This document shows positions 1 through 11,590 of a DNA stretch of 64,000 nt, piece by piece. Source of the stretch: Eledone cirrhosa (Eukaryota); contig OZ024750.1 of the NCBI GenBank assembly GCA_964016885.1, positions 33,232,001 through 33,296,000 on the forward strand, in the 5' to 3' direction. Each line of letters begins with the position of its first letter. The first letter of the stretch is position 1. The notes beneath the pieces were generated by a model. The model saw nothing but the letters and a program-made list of their open reading frames with translations, was not told where the DNA came from and ran no database searches. Position numbers and translations under genes: made by a program.

Positions 1-122
1 AATGACGTGAAAGGAACCAGAAATGTATAGCTAGAATAGTGTGCCCTTGTTTCAGCCCAATTATATACATATGCACTGGGTAATTACTGGCCTTGCGCCA
101 AAAGTAGAAACGCTTATACGTC

Positions 123-310
123 GGTAGATTGGCAGTATCGGTAGAGTGACGGACGCTATACTTTGACGCATAGAGTTACGGCCCTTGCCATTCTGAGTTC
201 AAATCCCGCCGAGGTTAACTTTGCCTTTCATCCTTACGGGGTCGATAAAATAAAGTACCAGTAATGCACTGGGTAATTGCTGGCCTTGTGCCAATAGTAG
301 AAACAATTAT
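123..310 (+). mobile_element. tRNA-derived SINE (~190 bp), representative full copy
   Basis: A-box-like TGGCAGTATCGG and B-box-like GAGTTCAAATCC, core GCCTTTCATCCTTACGGGGTCGATAAAATAAAGTACCAG, 3' end AGTAGAAACAATTAT. About 20 full or partial copies occur in the window; a 3' fragment lies at 72-112. Confidence 0.9.
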
Positions 311-411
311 ATACATATGTTTATTGTGTGTGCATGTGTGTGCATGCACGCTGCTATACGTACATATATACATATATACATATATATACATATATATACA
401 CACGTGTATGT

Positions 412-534
<123 letters not shown>

Positions 535-577
535 TCTATAAATATTAATACATATATATATTATATATATAATTAAT

Positions 578-715
578 TATTTATTAAAATAACAGATTAA
601 AGTTTAAGCAAAGAATCGCTGCTTTCACCCTCTAGGGTTCTTATATATTTGATATATATTTATCCTTATCGAGCCCTCTTTGAATTTTAGTCTTCACATT
701 TATTATTATTACTAT
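578..715. repeat. Partial copy (one arm + tail) of the fold-back element at 11370-11590
   Basis: TTTATTAAAATAACAGATTAAAGTTTAAGCAAAGAATCGCTGCTTTCACCC followed by the same tail sequence as 11505-11590; flanked by TA repeats. Confidence 0.75.
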
Positions 716-944
716 ATTATATATTATATATTATATATATATATATTTAACCTGATTGTATTTTCGTTGTTGTAGTGGTTGTGTAGCAACATGTCTCCGG
801 TCACCCCCTAACGTATTGTTATTATTCTGAGCAATAATCTATCGATTTATCGATATCATCTCATTGAGTGCTTTGCACGAGCCTCAGAAGATTGATTTCA
901 AAAAATGCTAATCGCAGCTGCAACTTCGATTTTACTCACTACGA

Positions 945-2497
945 TTATTACTATTTTTTCATAATCTTGCTTTATGTTCAAACGAGTTATCAAAAAGTCA
1001 CAACCAGTGACCTCAATAGACAACAAAGTCCGCCATGTTCAAGAAAGAACACATACACACACATGTATCTTTAGGTGTTTAGAGTTGTGGTGTATTTATA
1101 TTGACAGAATCTTCCTTAGTATATGGGCAGTTCCCATTAGTACTATCTTTTGTATTTCTTCTATACTCGGGTTTCCTATGATTTGGGATAAGTAATCATT
1201 AGACCCCTTAGGTATCATTCCTAGAGCGCCTATAACCACTGGTATTGTTTTAGTTCTCAATTTCCACATTTTTCCAATCTCCATCTCCAGGTCTTTATAT
1301 TTGCTCAATTACTCAAATGTTTTTATAGATACATCCTTGTCTATTGGAACGGACATCAATTAGCAGGCATACCCTCTTTTTAAAGTCCTTCAGTATTATA
1401 TCAGGTCTATTTGCATCTATTTTTCGGTCTGTTTGGATGCTTACGTTCCACAAAATTAAGATGTGATCTTTTTCAAGTACGGGAGGTGGTTGATGCTCCC
1501 ACCAATTCTTTTGATGGGGCAGGTCAAAATGCTTACACATTACCCAATGTATGTATTGTGCAGATCTGTCGTGCCTGTTTAGGTACTTGGTTGGAGCTAT
1601 AGGACTGTACATTGAAATTATATGATCAATGGTCTCTGGTTGTTTTACATACACGGCATAAAGGGATGTATCCATGTTTTATGATGTTGGCTTGATAATT
1701 TTATGTTGCCAGACACTGATCTTGTGCTGTTATAATCAGTCCTTCCGTCTCCGATTTCAGTCTAGAGGATGCCAACAACTGATGGGTCAAAGTTTTGTCA
1801 ACATCAGGATTGTTAGCTCTTTCTGGGTATTTTCCATACAGAGGCTTTTCTTGCCATTTCTTAGCCAGTTTCTGTAGCAGTTCTTTCTTTGAAGTTACTT
1901 TTACCTGCTTTGCTTTTTCTGTGGTTTTCATTTCAGCAATAAAGGGAACGTCTGAAATGTGTAGCTCATTAGTGTATCTTTGTGCATCTTTTGATGCTTT
2001 CATGTTTCAAAACGAGATTGATCATCCAATCATGTGCTTCCCTAAGATATGTAGATAATCCAATTGTTGCAGATTTCACAGAATATTTAACTGGATTAAT
2101 CCACGTCCACCTTTTTCCTAGGGAGATATATTCTATCTGTATCTGCCTTAGGGTGATGCATTATATGTATGGTGAAGAATTTTCTAATTTTTGTATCGAG
2201 CCTATGGATCTCTGTGCTTAACCAGTTGATGACATTGAAACTGTAGGTTACTACTGGTATGGCAAGTGTGTTTATGGCATCGATCCTATTCCTTGCATTC
2301 AACTCCGTTCTTAAGATTGCTCTTACTCTGTGGTAACATTCCTTCCTTATCATTTCCCCCATTGTCGAGTTGTTGATTCCGTCTCCTTCACAAACACCTA
2401 CATATTTATAAATTGCTTCTTGATCAAGTCCTCTTATCACATTCCCCCGATCAAGATTAATGTCTGAATTTCTCAGCAACTTTACTCTGGTGAATGT
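945..2497 (-). mobile_element. 5'-truncated, decayed non-LTR retrotransposon with restriction-like endonuclease (R4/Dong-like)
   Basis: Frameshifted minus-strand ORF pieces: late RT/thumb (YKYVGV, AINTLAIPVVTYSF, DRIYLPRK), zinc-knuckle region (ETIDHII, YLNRHD), RLE motif RPDII...LLIDV...KYKDL, C-terminus IPVVIGALG...GTAHILRK. Degenerate TAA-like tail near 945-960. Confidence 0.85.
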
Positions 2498-2510
2498 ACA
2501 CACACACACC

Positions 2511-2584
<74 letters not shown>

Positions 2585-2771
2585 TAAATATCAGAGCAAA
2601 CATCACGGACGCTCTATCTCAAAATTATTTTTGAAAAGCCTTAGAAATGCGCAACCGGTAAAACTTAAAACCAAAACTGAATACTAACCAATACAATTAC
2701 TAATTCTCACTTATTCCTAATTAAACTATTTTTCACTGTGAACAATTTGTCAGCATTTTCTATTCCGTTTA

Positions 2772-2814
<43 letters not shown>

Positions 2815-3012
2815 AAATCAAAAGATGGTTAAAAGAGTTCCATGTATTTTATTATGCGCATTTCAAAAACAAATATCATCATGGGATGATATTTGCGTTC
2901 TCATCAGATAAAATAGGGAGACATGATATGAAGCTTAAAAAACACTTGCAAGCAGTGATATTTATCCAATATTTGCATTTCTTTATTGTGCTACAATAAA
3001 ACTCACCTCCTA
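2815..3012. mobile_element. Deleted copy of fold-back family A (arm + tail) with hammerhead at 2847-2913 (-)
   Basis: Matches 4872-5010 and the tail end 5255-5285. Minus strand reads TTTTAT-CTGATGA-stem II-GAAA-TGCGCA-TA-ATAAAA. Flanked by (TA)n. Confidence 0.8.
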
Positions 3013-3020
3013 CACACATA

Positions 3021-3088
<68 letters not shown>

Positions 3089-3774
3089 AGCATTAGATGC
3101 TTTCAATTATTGAAATATCGGAAATATAAATAATATGAGTATATGAAAATTGAAAATTCCAAATCATGATTTCAACACAAGCATACGCGTGCGCAACATA
3201 TTTGTATTTTATGCGCTTTCTGTCAGATGTATTGCTGGTATATTAATGAAAACCAAAAACAAATCTTCTTCTTACTTTCTATGAAAAATTTTAATTTAAA
3301 ACTCTCCATTATTTGATATTCTCCAGATTCAATTACTTGCATACGGGTTATATTATATTATTGTATAATTAAATAAGAGTAAATTAATTTCCCTTACTCT
3401 TCCGATACATTTCATCTGTTCCCATGGTTACTAGTTTATCTCCTGAAATTGTATTTGTCAGACATATTCGTTTTAGAGATCATATTTCTCATCTTAACTT
3501 ATATACACTGTATTAAAAACAGCGTGTCTTATATTAATAGTTGCTTATATCTTTTAACTACTTATATTTAATGTACTTTATATTAATGGTGTTCTGTATT
3601 TTAAATGATTCACAATATTTAAAGTGGTCTACAATCAGATACAACGTTTATAGTGAAGGTGAAATCCGGAACTACACCAGACCACAATGCTATTTCATAG
3701 ACAAGTTTGCAAACACTAACTTTCATTGTTTTCGTTTCGCCTAATGTTTTTTCGAGAGTTATGTATATATATAT

Positions 3775-4745
3775 ATATATATCATAAAACATGTCTATAG
3801 AATCACAAGATAAAATATATACTATTGCCTCTCCCAATTACCATAATTAACTATATAAAAAATCGAATAGACCAGGCTATACGAATGAGGCTTCTATGAA
3901 GGAATCTCCGACAAATAACCAAAACTAGCGCTTCGCGTCGGCCCTAGCGGAATATTTATCGAATATTTCGACAGCGTAATCGCCTAGATACAGTCAACTA
4001 AGCAGAATTAGGTTTAAAATAAACTAGGAGAAAATAGAATACATTCAAATACCTCTACCATGGTTTCGTCCGTCTTTTGAGTTTTCCAATAATTATATAA
4101 ACTCGAGCGCCGGATTCTTCAGGAAGCTCGCTCATATCTAGACATTAAATTTTCCAAAACGATCGCGCCAAGAATTCATTTCAAAATGGCTAAACATCGT
4201 GAAGTAGTCGGGGTCAAGTTGGAAGGGGTGTGGTAGTTGCTTACGACTGGTGGCATTTTTGCTAGAAAGCACAGCACAATACAGCCAAATTTATATCTCA
4301 ACCTAGTGGGAGATTATTACATATAAAAGTTTACATATATATATAGATACACATACATATACGTGTTTTGCAACTGGCCACTTTGTGGCTCAATGAAAAA
4401 TTAATAAATTAAACAATCAGAGCTATATATCATAAAACATGTCTATAGAATCACAAGATAAAATATATACTATTTCCTCTCCAATTAGCATAATTAACTA
4501 TATAAAAAATCGAATAGACCAGGCTATACGAATGAGGCTTCTATGAAGGAATCTCCGACAAATAACCAAAACTAGCGCTTCGCGTCGGCCGTAGCGGAAT
4601 GTTTATCGAATACTTCGACAGCGTAATCGCCTAGATACAGTCAACTAAGCAGAATTAGGTTTAAAATAAACTAGGAGAAAATAGAATACATTCAAATACC
4701 TCTACCATGGTTTCGTCCGTGTTTTGAGTTTTCCAATAATTATGT
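3775..4745 (-). mobile_element. Non-coding 1.5-mer tandem (period ~648 bp) with hammerhead; PLE pseudo-LTR or retrozyme-like
   Basis: ~320 bp near-identical direct repeats 3775-4096 and 4424-4743, TA-flanked; complete hammerhead at 4052-4126. Confidence 0.7.
4052..4126 (-). ncRNA. Type I hammerhead ribozyme
   Basis: CTTC-CTGAAGA-ATCCG...CGGAC-GAAA-C CATG G-TA-GAGG: stem I, core, stem II, palindromic stem III and GUA cleavage triplet. Confidence 0.75.
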
Positions 4746-4865
4746 AATAATTATATATATTATATATATGTATATATATATATAATATATATATATTTAT
4801 TATATAAATATATATATATATAATATAAATATATATAGTATATATAATATAAATATATATATATA

Positions 4866-5285
4866 ATATATAAGATCAAAAGATGGTTAAAGGAGTTCCA
4901 TGTATTTTATTATGCGCATTTCAAAAACAAACATCATCATGCAATAATATTTGTGTGTTCATCAGATAAAACAGGAGAACATGATATGAAGGCTAAAAAA
5001 CACTTGTGGATAGTGCAGTTTTAAATCAACATATGTTGATTTAAAACTGCACTATCCACAAGTGTTTTTTAGCCTTCATATCATGTTCTGCTGTTTTATC
5101 TGATGAAAACACAAATATTATTGCATGATGATGTTTGTTTTTGAAATGCGCATAATAAAATACATGGAACTCCTTTAACCATCTTTTGATCTTATATATT
5201 ATGTATACTCCAGTCCTACAAACTGTAGAGTGCTTCTTATCCGATATCTGCATTGCTTTATTGTACTACAATAAAACTCACCTCC
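4866..5285. mobile_element. Fold-back element family A (palindrome centred at 5032/5033 plus ~85 bp tail)
   Basis: 4872-5032 is the near-perfect reverse complement of 5033-5193; tail 5200-5285; (TA)n on both sides; hammerhead in each arm. Confidence 0.88.
5094..5160 (+). ncRNA. Minimal type I hammerhead ribozyme (family A); mirror copy 4905-4971 (-)
   Basis: TTTTAT-CTGATGA-AAACACAAATATTATTGCATGATGATGTTTGTTTTT-GAAA-T GCGC A-TA-ATAAAA. Confidence 0.85.
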
Positions 5286-5313
5286 TATATATATATATAT
5301 AGGAACCAGTAAG

Positions 5314-5407
5314 ACCCCGACGGCTGAGCTCAAGCCGTTTCGACGGCTAATTCTGGACTAAATGAAAATTTATCCTGGTATTTAAATAGCCGATCTTCTC
5401 AAGGGGT
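5314..5407 (-). ncRNA. Variant type I hammerhead ribozyme (U3-A8) in 3' pseudo-LTR
   Basis: Reverse complement of 10269-10362. Confidence 0.78.
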
Positions 5408-6519
5408 AATTCCATATATGGTCAAAGTGATTGTCAAAAATCAGTAGTAATTCTGTGGTTGCAAATTAGTAGGGGAGATGGTGGCTAAACCTGCCAGTAG
5501 GAGAAAGAGGGGAGGGGTGGAGTAGACCCAATCAAGCGTTGTTAGTGCCAGCTACAGCTGGGCATGAGGTCAAAGAAGATACTGGGGAGGGGGAGGGGGA
5601 GGAAGTCGGAACGGTAGGTAGAACAATGGGGGGTAAAAATATATATGAAAGAAAAAATACTGAGAGTGAAGAAAAGCGGATAAGTGTAAAGAAAAAAGTA
5701 AAGCAAGTTCTACGACCTAGGTCTCTAGCTATTGTTAGGCTAGAATAAATAAATAAATAAAGAAAGAAAGAAAGAAGTAAAGAAAGAAATAAAGAAGTAA
5801 CGAAATAAGTAAAAGAACTAGGTGGGACGGATAAGGCAAGGACCCTTTTAAGAGGTATAAGTACGTAAATGATACGGTGACGGGTCAACAAATGGGGCCA
5901 AAATACTAACGAGACTACCACGAAATAAATAATAAAGGTTTCTATCCCGGGCACAATGCCAGCAACCACCCAGTGCAGCAAAGTGAACTAGTACGAGATA
6001 ATAATTCTGAGTCCCGAAAAAAATATATACTAATGCTAACTCTAAAAGATCTAAAACAAGCTACATGAAAGTTCGTCCGAAGTAAAGGTAGAATACGGAA
6101 AAATAAATTCAGAATCCACGCCGCCCAAAAGAAAAGCGAAGAAAGAAATACTGAAACGAGAAAATAAGGCATAAGTGCCACTAAGAAATATAGAAGGCAC
6201 GGAGAATAGTGGGAGCGGGCGGAAAAAGGGGGCAAGTATCAGGGGTCTAAACCAACTGCTATAAAAGGCGGAGTCCGCCAAATATATCATAGACTAGGGA
6301 AGGGGTGGGGGTACTAAGGCTACAAGGGGCCAAAGGGCAGCCTCGGGTGGGCGAGAAAAGACGCCGACAAAGGAGAAGAGCTGGGGTAGAAGGACTAAGG
6401 AGGGAAGGGGGAAGGAAATAAAGGAAGCGATAAAAGAATAAAAAGAAGATCTTACGTGTCCCTTGGCAAGCAGGGGTTACCCATTGCAAAATCGGCAAGT
6501 GGGGTGTTATAGCCCTAGT

Positions 6520-8826
6520 CTACCCCCCCCCCCCCGGGTCATTATGGGGTTTGAGGGCGAGGTAAGTCCTACGCAATCTATGTTTACATGCAGTAACCAG
6601 TTCATCTTTCTTGTTTAGGAGTTGGTCCGTCGAAAACAGCATTTGTAAAGTTTCCTCCGAGCATAAATTGCACGGACGGCGTCCTCCCGTGTAAGAATTG
6701 GCTCTGGACAGTAATCTCCAAGTGAGATCATAGGTGATGTTGTTGTCCTTGAGGTCCCATATGTGGCCCGAAAGTGTAGTGGCGTGACGCCGGGCCGGGT
6801 TTCGGAAGGTATGTCTATGTTGGTATAGCCGGGTTTTGAAGTCACATGCGGTAAGTCCTATATAGGCTTTGTTGGAGGTATCCGTCCTCACGTTGCACTG
6901 GTAGATCACATTACGGTCTCTGCATCTATTGTCGAGTGGGCAAATGGATCTATCCGGACAGTTACACCTCCTGGTCGGTTCTCCACTGCTATTTAGGTTA
7001 TTTCTGCCATCGGGGTTGAGTTTTTTGTTGCTAGAGGAGACGATGTTTTGTGCGAAGTTTGGTGTAGTGCTGTAAGAGAGTTTGGTGGTATTTTTGTTAA
7101 TTATGTTGTGGTAGCGGTGTTGTAATGGGAAGTGTTTTTCAATGAGCCTAAAGAATAGTTTCCCGATGGGAGTTGTCACCTCTGCGTTGTGGGGAGGATT
7201 GAACCATGTTACATTGCGTGAGCGGCGGAGTCTCCTGCTGGTTCCGCTAATGGGAGCTGGACAGTAGGATATATCCTCCCGGAAACCACTCCGCTTGAGG
7301 GCCTGGTTGTAATAAGGCGCATGTTCATCGAATATCCACTCATTAGCTGACAAACGGGATATGCGGAGGGAGATGTTTTTGACCAGGTTGTTTGTGATGT
7401 TCCTAGGATGGTTTGATCGGCGGTGGATGTAGTGTAGATTGTCATTAGGTTTCCTGTATGGGTAGTACAGGTCGTTTTCGAGGTCGAGGGTCACGTCCAG
7501 GAAGTTTACTCGGGTCAGGGACGTTTGTAGGGTTATTTTAAATCCCCAGTCGCGGAAGAATCTGATTAATTGTTTCCGGACCCGATCTGTACTACTGGGG
7601 TTGTACCCTTTAAGGGTAAGGAGCCCATCATCACGGTACAATCCACCACCGAATGCAGGAAATATATCAGTGAGTTTGGCTATTAGGAATAATCCTATAA
7701 GATCTGTGACCTCCGCCGAATCCGTGGCGCCCATGCTGACGCCGAAGGGTGAGTCGGGAGCTCTTTTTATCCATTTAGAGTCGTCAAAGAGTAAGACTGT
7801 CTTCCTGGCGTGGAGGAGGATTTTTCTTTCCTGGTCGGTGATGGGCACAAGTGTTTCGGCGAAGTCCAAGGCGGCAGTAAGTAGCGGTAAGATGATTGAA
7901 GCATAGTAGCTCTCTATGTCGAACTGTATGAATTTAGTGTCTCGTTTATCCTCCATATTGCTGAACCATGAGATTACTTCCTGGGTGTTGATCCATAGGC
8001 TAAGTCGGGCGTGTTGCTTGACTTTTGGTATCACGCGGTCTAGGATTTTTTTGCTGATTTTCCCTATGACGGACTTCGTTGGGTTAATAAGCCTGATAGA
8101 GGGTTTACGGTCAAAATCGGATTTATGGTCCTTCAGTGTGAAGTATGGTGTCCGTGGGTCTAGAGGTTCCGTGCGGTCGGCGACCCCGAGGCTGGAGGTA
8201 ATTTGTTGTCCATCTCGATTTATGTCCTCGATGCAAGAGTGGTTGGCCTTTTTATAGGTGGAGTTTAGGCTGCTCCTGATCAGTGTGTGGTATCTGTCAG
8301 GGTTGACAAAGTATAGGTTCCCAGTTTTATCCGAATGCACCATGATGTCATTTGTGTTATCATACTCTGTTAAGTTGCTACGGAGTTTTTGTAGGAATCG
8401 GTTGTGTCTGGGTTTAAATTTAATGTTCTTGACCAGTTGGAAGATGTCATTCTCGAAGGGTGAGAGCAAGGGGTTCGGGGGCGGATATTTGTAGGTAATA
8501 AATCCGAATCTCTCCTTGGTGCCGAAGTCCTGGTTGTCGCAATATCTGTCATAGAAAAAAGTTCTCCATCTAAGTCTTTTCGCAAATAGATCGATTTTTT
8601 GCGTGAGCATCCGAAGGTAAAGTTTTTTCGGTGGGATTGGGATGTTCTTGGTAGAGAAGTCAATGTTGTGTTTTCGCATGGTGCGGGTGAAATGAATTGA
8701 GCTTAGCGGAAAAGTCTGGATACGGCGTGGTAGGGTCGGAAAGTGCTCTACTACGGGAGTAGGAGCTAGATAACGAAGGAAATGTGGTAAGGAACCAGGT
8801 GGACCATAACGCACCAAAGTACTCAA
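6520..8826 (-). CDS. PLE polyprotein: reverse transcriptase + GIY-YIG endonuclease (probable ATG at 8679)
   Basis: Uninterrupted 768-codon frame. SDKTGN (DKG-like), RT motifs IQFDIESYY, GVSMGATDSAEVTDLIG, LYRDDGL, NFLDV; linker CNCPDRSICPLDNRC (CxCx5Cx5C); EN VIYQC...AYIGLT...KTRLYQH, HATTLSGH, CNLC. Confidence 0.95.
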   Translation of the reverse strand: MSTLVRYGPPGSLPHFLRYLAPTPVVEHFPTLPRRIQTFPLSSIHFTRTMRKHNIDFSTKNIPIPPKKLYLRMLTQKIDLFAKRLRWRTFFYDRYCDNQDFGTKERFGFITYKYPPPNPLLSPFENDIFQLVKNIKFKPRHNRFLQKLRSNLTEYDNTNDIMVHSDKTGNLYFVNPDRYHTLIRSSLNSTYKKANHSCIEDINRDGQQITSSLGVADRTEPLDPRTPYFTLKDHKSDFDRKPSIRLINPTKSVIGKISKKILDRVIPKVKQHARLSLWINTQEVISWFSNMEDKRDTKFIQFDIESYYASIILPLLTAALDFAETLVPITDQERKILLHARKTVLLFDDSKWIKRAPDSPFGVSMGATDSAEVTDLIGLFLIAKLTDIFPAFGGGLYRDDGLLTLKGYNPSSTDRVRKQLIRFFRDWGFKITLQTSLTRVNFLDVTLDLENDLYYPYRKPNDNLHYIHRRSNHPRNITNNLVKNISLRISRLSANEWIFDEHAPYYNQALKRSGFREDISYCPAPISGTSRRLRRSRNVTWFNPPHNAEVTTPIGKLFFRLIEKHFPLQHRYHNIINKNTTKLSYSTTPNFAQNIVSSSNKKLNPDGRNNLNSSGEPTRRCNCPDRSICPLDNRCRDRNVIYQCNVRTDTSNKAYIGLTACDFKTRLYQHRHTFRNPARRHATTLSGHIWDLKDNNITYDLTWRLLSRANSYTGGRRPCNLCSEETLQMLFSTDQLLNKKDELVTACKHRLRRTYLALKPHNDPGGGG

Positions 8827-8864
8827 TACTTGGGGTAGTAGAGTGGGTAATAGGAACCAGTAAG

Positions 8865-8958
8865 ACCCCGACGGCTGAGCTCAAGCCGTTTCGACGGCTA
8901 ATTCTGGACTAAATGAAAATTTATCCTGGTATTTAAATAGCCGATCTTCTCAAGGGGT
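8865..8958 (-). ncRNA. Variant type I hammerhead ribozyme (U3-A8) in upstream pseudo-LTR, just 5' of the ORF
   Basis: Identical to the 5314-5407 copy and in sense orientation to the PLE ORF. Confidence 0.78.
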
Positions 8959-10268
8959 AATTCCATATATGGTCAAAGTGATTGTCAAAAATCAGTAGTA
9001 ATTCTGTGGTTGCAAATTAGTAGGGGAGATGGTGGCTAAACCTGCCAGTAGGAGAAAGAGGGGAGGGGGTGGAGTAGACCCAATCAAGCGTTGGTAGTGC
9101 CAGCTACAGCTGGGCATGAGGTCAAAGAAGATACTGGGGAGGGGAGGGGGAGGAAGTCGGAACGGTAGGTAGAACAATGGGGGGTAAAAATATATATGAA
9201 AGAAAAAATACTGAGAGTGAAGAAAAGCGGATAAGTGTAAAGAAAAAAGTAAAGCAAGTTCTACGACCTAGGTCTCTAGCTATTGTTAGGCTAGAATAAA
9301 TAAATAAATAAAGAAAGAAGAAAGTAAAGAAAGAAATAAAGAAATAACGAAATAAGTAAAAGAACCCCCACCCCCTTCCCTAGTCTATGATAGATTTGGC
9401 GGACTCCGCCTTTTATAGCAGTTGGTTTAGACCCCTGATACTTGCCCCCTTTTTCCGACCGCTCCCACTATTCTCCGTGCCTTCTATATTTCTTAGTGGC
9501 ACTTATGCCTTATTTTCTCGTTTCAGTATTTCTTTCTTCGCTTTTCTTTTGGGCGGGGTGGATTCTGAATTTATTTTTCCGTATTCTACCTTTACTTCGT
9601 ACGAACTTTCATGTAGCTTGTTTTAGATCTTTTAGAGTTAGTATTAGTATATATTTTTTTCGGGACTCAGAATTATTATCTCGTACTAGTTCACTTTGCT
9701 GCACTGGGTGATTGCTGGCATTGTGCCCGGGATAGAAAACTTTATTATTTATTTCGTGGTAGTCTCTTTAGTATTTTGGCCCCATTTGTTGACCCGTCAC
9801 CGTATCATTTACGTACTTATACCCCTTAAAAGGGTCCTTGCCTTATCCGTCCCACCTAGTTCTTTTACTTATTTCGTTATTTCTTTATTTATTTCTTTAC
9901 TTCTTTCTTTCTTTCTTTATTTATTTATTTATTCTAGCCTAACAATAGCTAGAGACCTAGGTCGTAGAACTTGCTTTACTTTTTTCTTTACACTTATCCG
10001 CTTTTCTTCACTCTCAGTATTTTTTCTTTCATATATATTTTTACCCCCCATTGTTCTACCTACCGTTCCGACTTCCTCCCCTCCCCCTCTCCAGTATCTT
10101 CTTTGACCTCATGCCCAGCTGTAGCTGGCACTACCAACGCTTGATTGGGTCTACTCCACCCCTCCCCTCTTTCTCCTACTGGCAGGTTTAGCCACCATCT
10201 CCCCTACTAATTTGCAACCACAGAATTACTACTGATTTTTGACAATCACTTTGACCATATATGGAATT

Positions 10269-10362
10269 ACCCCTTGAGAAGATCGGCTATTTAAATACCA
10301 GGATAAATTTTCATTTAGTCCAGAATTAGCCGTCGAAACGGCTTGAGCTCAGCCGTCGGGGT
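10269..10362 (+). ncRNA. Variant type I hammerhead ribozyme (U3-A8) in inverted pseudo-LTR
   Basis: ACCCC-TTGAGAA-GATCGGCTA-(long loop)-TAGCCGTC-GAAA-CGGCT TGAGCTC AGCCG-TC-GGGGT; predicted cleavage after GUC at 10357. Confidence 0.8.
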
Positions 10363-10372
10363 CTTACTGGTT

Positions 10373-10455
<83 letters not shown>

Positions 10456-10558
10456 CATATATATATATATATTATATATATATATATATATTTATATTAT
10501 ATATATTATATATATATATTTATATTATATATATATATATATATTTATATAATAAATA

Positions 10559-10614
<56 letters not shown>

Positions 10615-10914
10615 TATAATATATAATATATATATATATGTATATATATGTGTGTGTGTGTGAGTGTGTATGTGTGTGTGTGATGTGTTTCTGAGCGTGC
10701 AGGTGTGTGGGAATATGTATGCGTGTGTCAGAGTATGTGTTTTTTGTGTGTGTATGTATAATTATTAAGGCCAGTTACTAGAATGGTGCTATACCTGGTA
10801 CGTGCGTTTCGTAAGTCTAGAAGACTAACTTGTTTAATCTGTGCCAATGAAAAATATGGGCAGGAGTTGTACTACACGTTAGATAACTTTACCAAAAAGT
10901 ATTACTACACCTCA

Positions 10915-11115
10915 TATATATATATTTTCAAAAGACATTTTTTCCAATTCCACCCCGCCCGTCCCCTCAATCTATCTTATTTCTCATTCATTCTTCTGAT
11001 AAAGGACTAGCGTCCAAAACGTTAAGACCCTCTTCCTGCTATTTCAAGCGTTAACCTTATATATACCCTCCATATACTGTACCGATTGTGCTGTTATTTC
11101 TGTTTACCTTTTACA
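10915..11115 (+). repeat. TA-flanked repeat family D with degenerate hammerhead; inverted homologue at 14785-14985
   Basis: CTGATAA-AGGAC TAGC GTCC-AAAACGTTAAGA here versus CTGATGA-AGGAC TAGC GTCT-GAAACGTTAAGA in the other copy. Confidence 0.7.
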
Positions 11116-11255
11116 CATATATATATATATATATATATATTTATTTATTATATATATATATATAAATATCTTATTATTCCACAATGCTTCAAGTAAATTT
11201 CAAAACTCTCTTATATATATATATTTATTATATAACTATATATATATATATATAT

Positions 11256-11315
<60 letters not shown>

Positions 11316-11369
11316 TTTTACCTGTTTCAGCCATCCGGCTGAGGCCATGCAGGGTCACCGCCCTTATAT

Positions 11370-11590
11370 ATATTTATTAAAATAACAGATTAAAGTTTAA
11401 GCAAAGAATCGCTGCTTTCACCCTTAATGGTTAGAAGGGCCCGTTAGGGGTGAAAGCAGCGATTCTTTGCTTAAACTTTAATTAGTTATTTTAATAAATA
11501 TATGCTCTACGGTTCTTATATATTTGATATATATTTATCCTTATCGAACCCTCTTTGGATTTTAGTCTTCAAATTTATTATTATTACTAT
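11370..11590. mobile_element. Fold-back element (arms 11370-11430 / 11443-11500) plus ~90 bp tail
   Basis: Inverted arms around TAGAAGGGCC; tail also present at 630-715 and, reversed, at 38168-38265; TA-flanked. Confidence 0.8.

Larger units (their letters stand above)
5301..10375 (-). mobile_element. Full-length Penelope-like retroelement (C-terminal EN; possibly Hydra clade) with tandem and inverted pseudo-LTRs, inserted in (TA)n
   Basis: RT + GIY-YIG ORF. Direct repeat 8851-9365 matches 5300-5817. Inverted repeat 9366-10375 matches the reverse complement of 5300-6311. Both ends read ...GGTTCC then (TA)n. Confidence 0.95.

Noticed and set aside
123-215. tRNA gene
   Set aside because: A/B boxes are present but no cloverleaf; this is the head of a high-copy SINE.
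5532-6498. Hydrophobic ORFs in the PLE pseudo-LTR (mirrored at 9387-10106)
   Set aside because: They arise from T/C-rich low-complexity UTR sequence; ORF ends differ between the two copies; no recognisable domain.
5301-10375. DNA transposon with 1-kb TIRs, or LTR retrotransposon
   Set aside because: The ORF is PLE RT + GIY-YIG with no transposase, integrase, gag or protease; the repeats fit tandem and inverted pseudo-LTRs.
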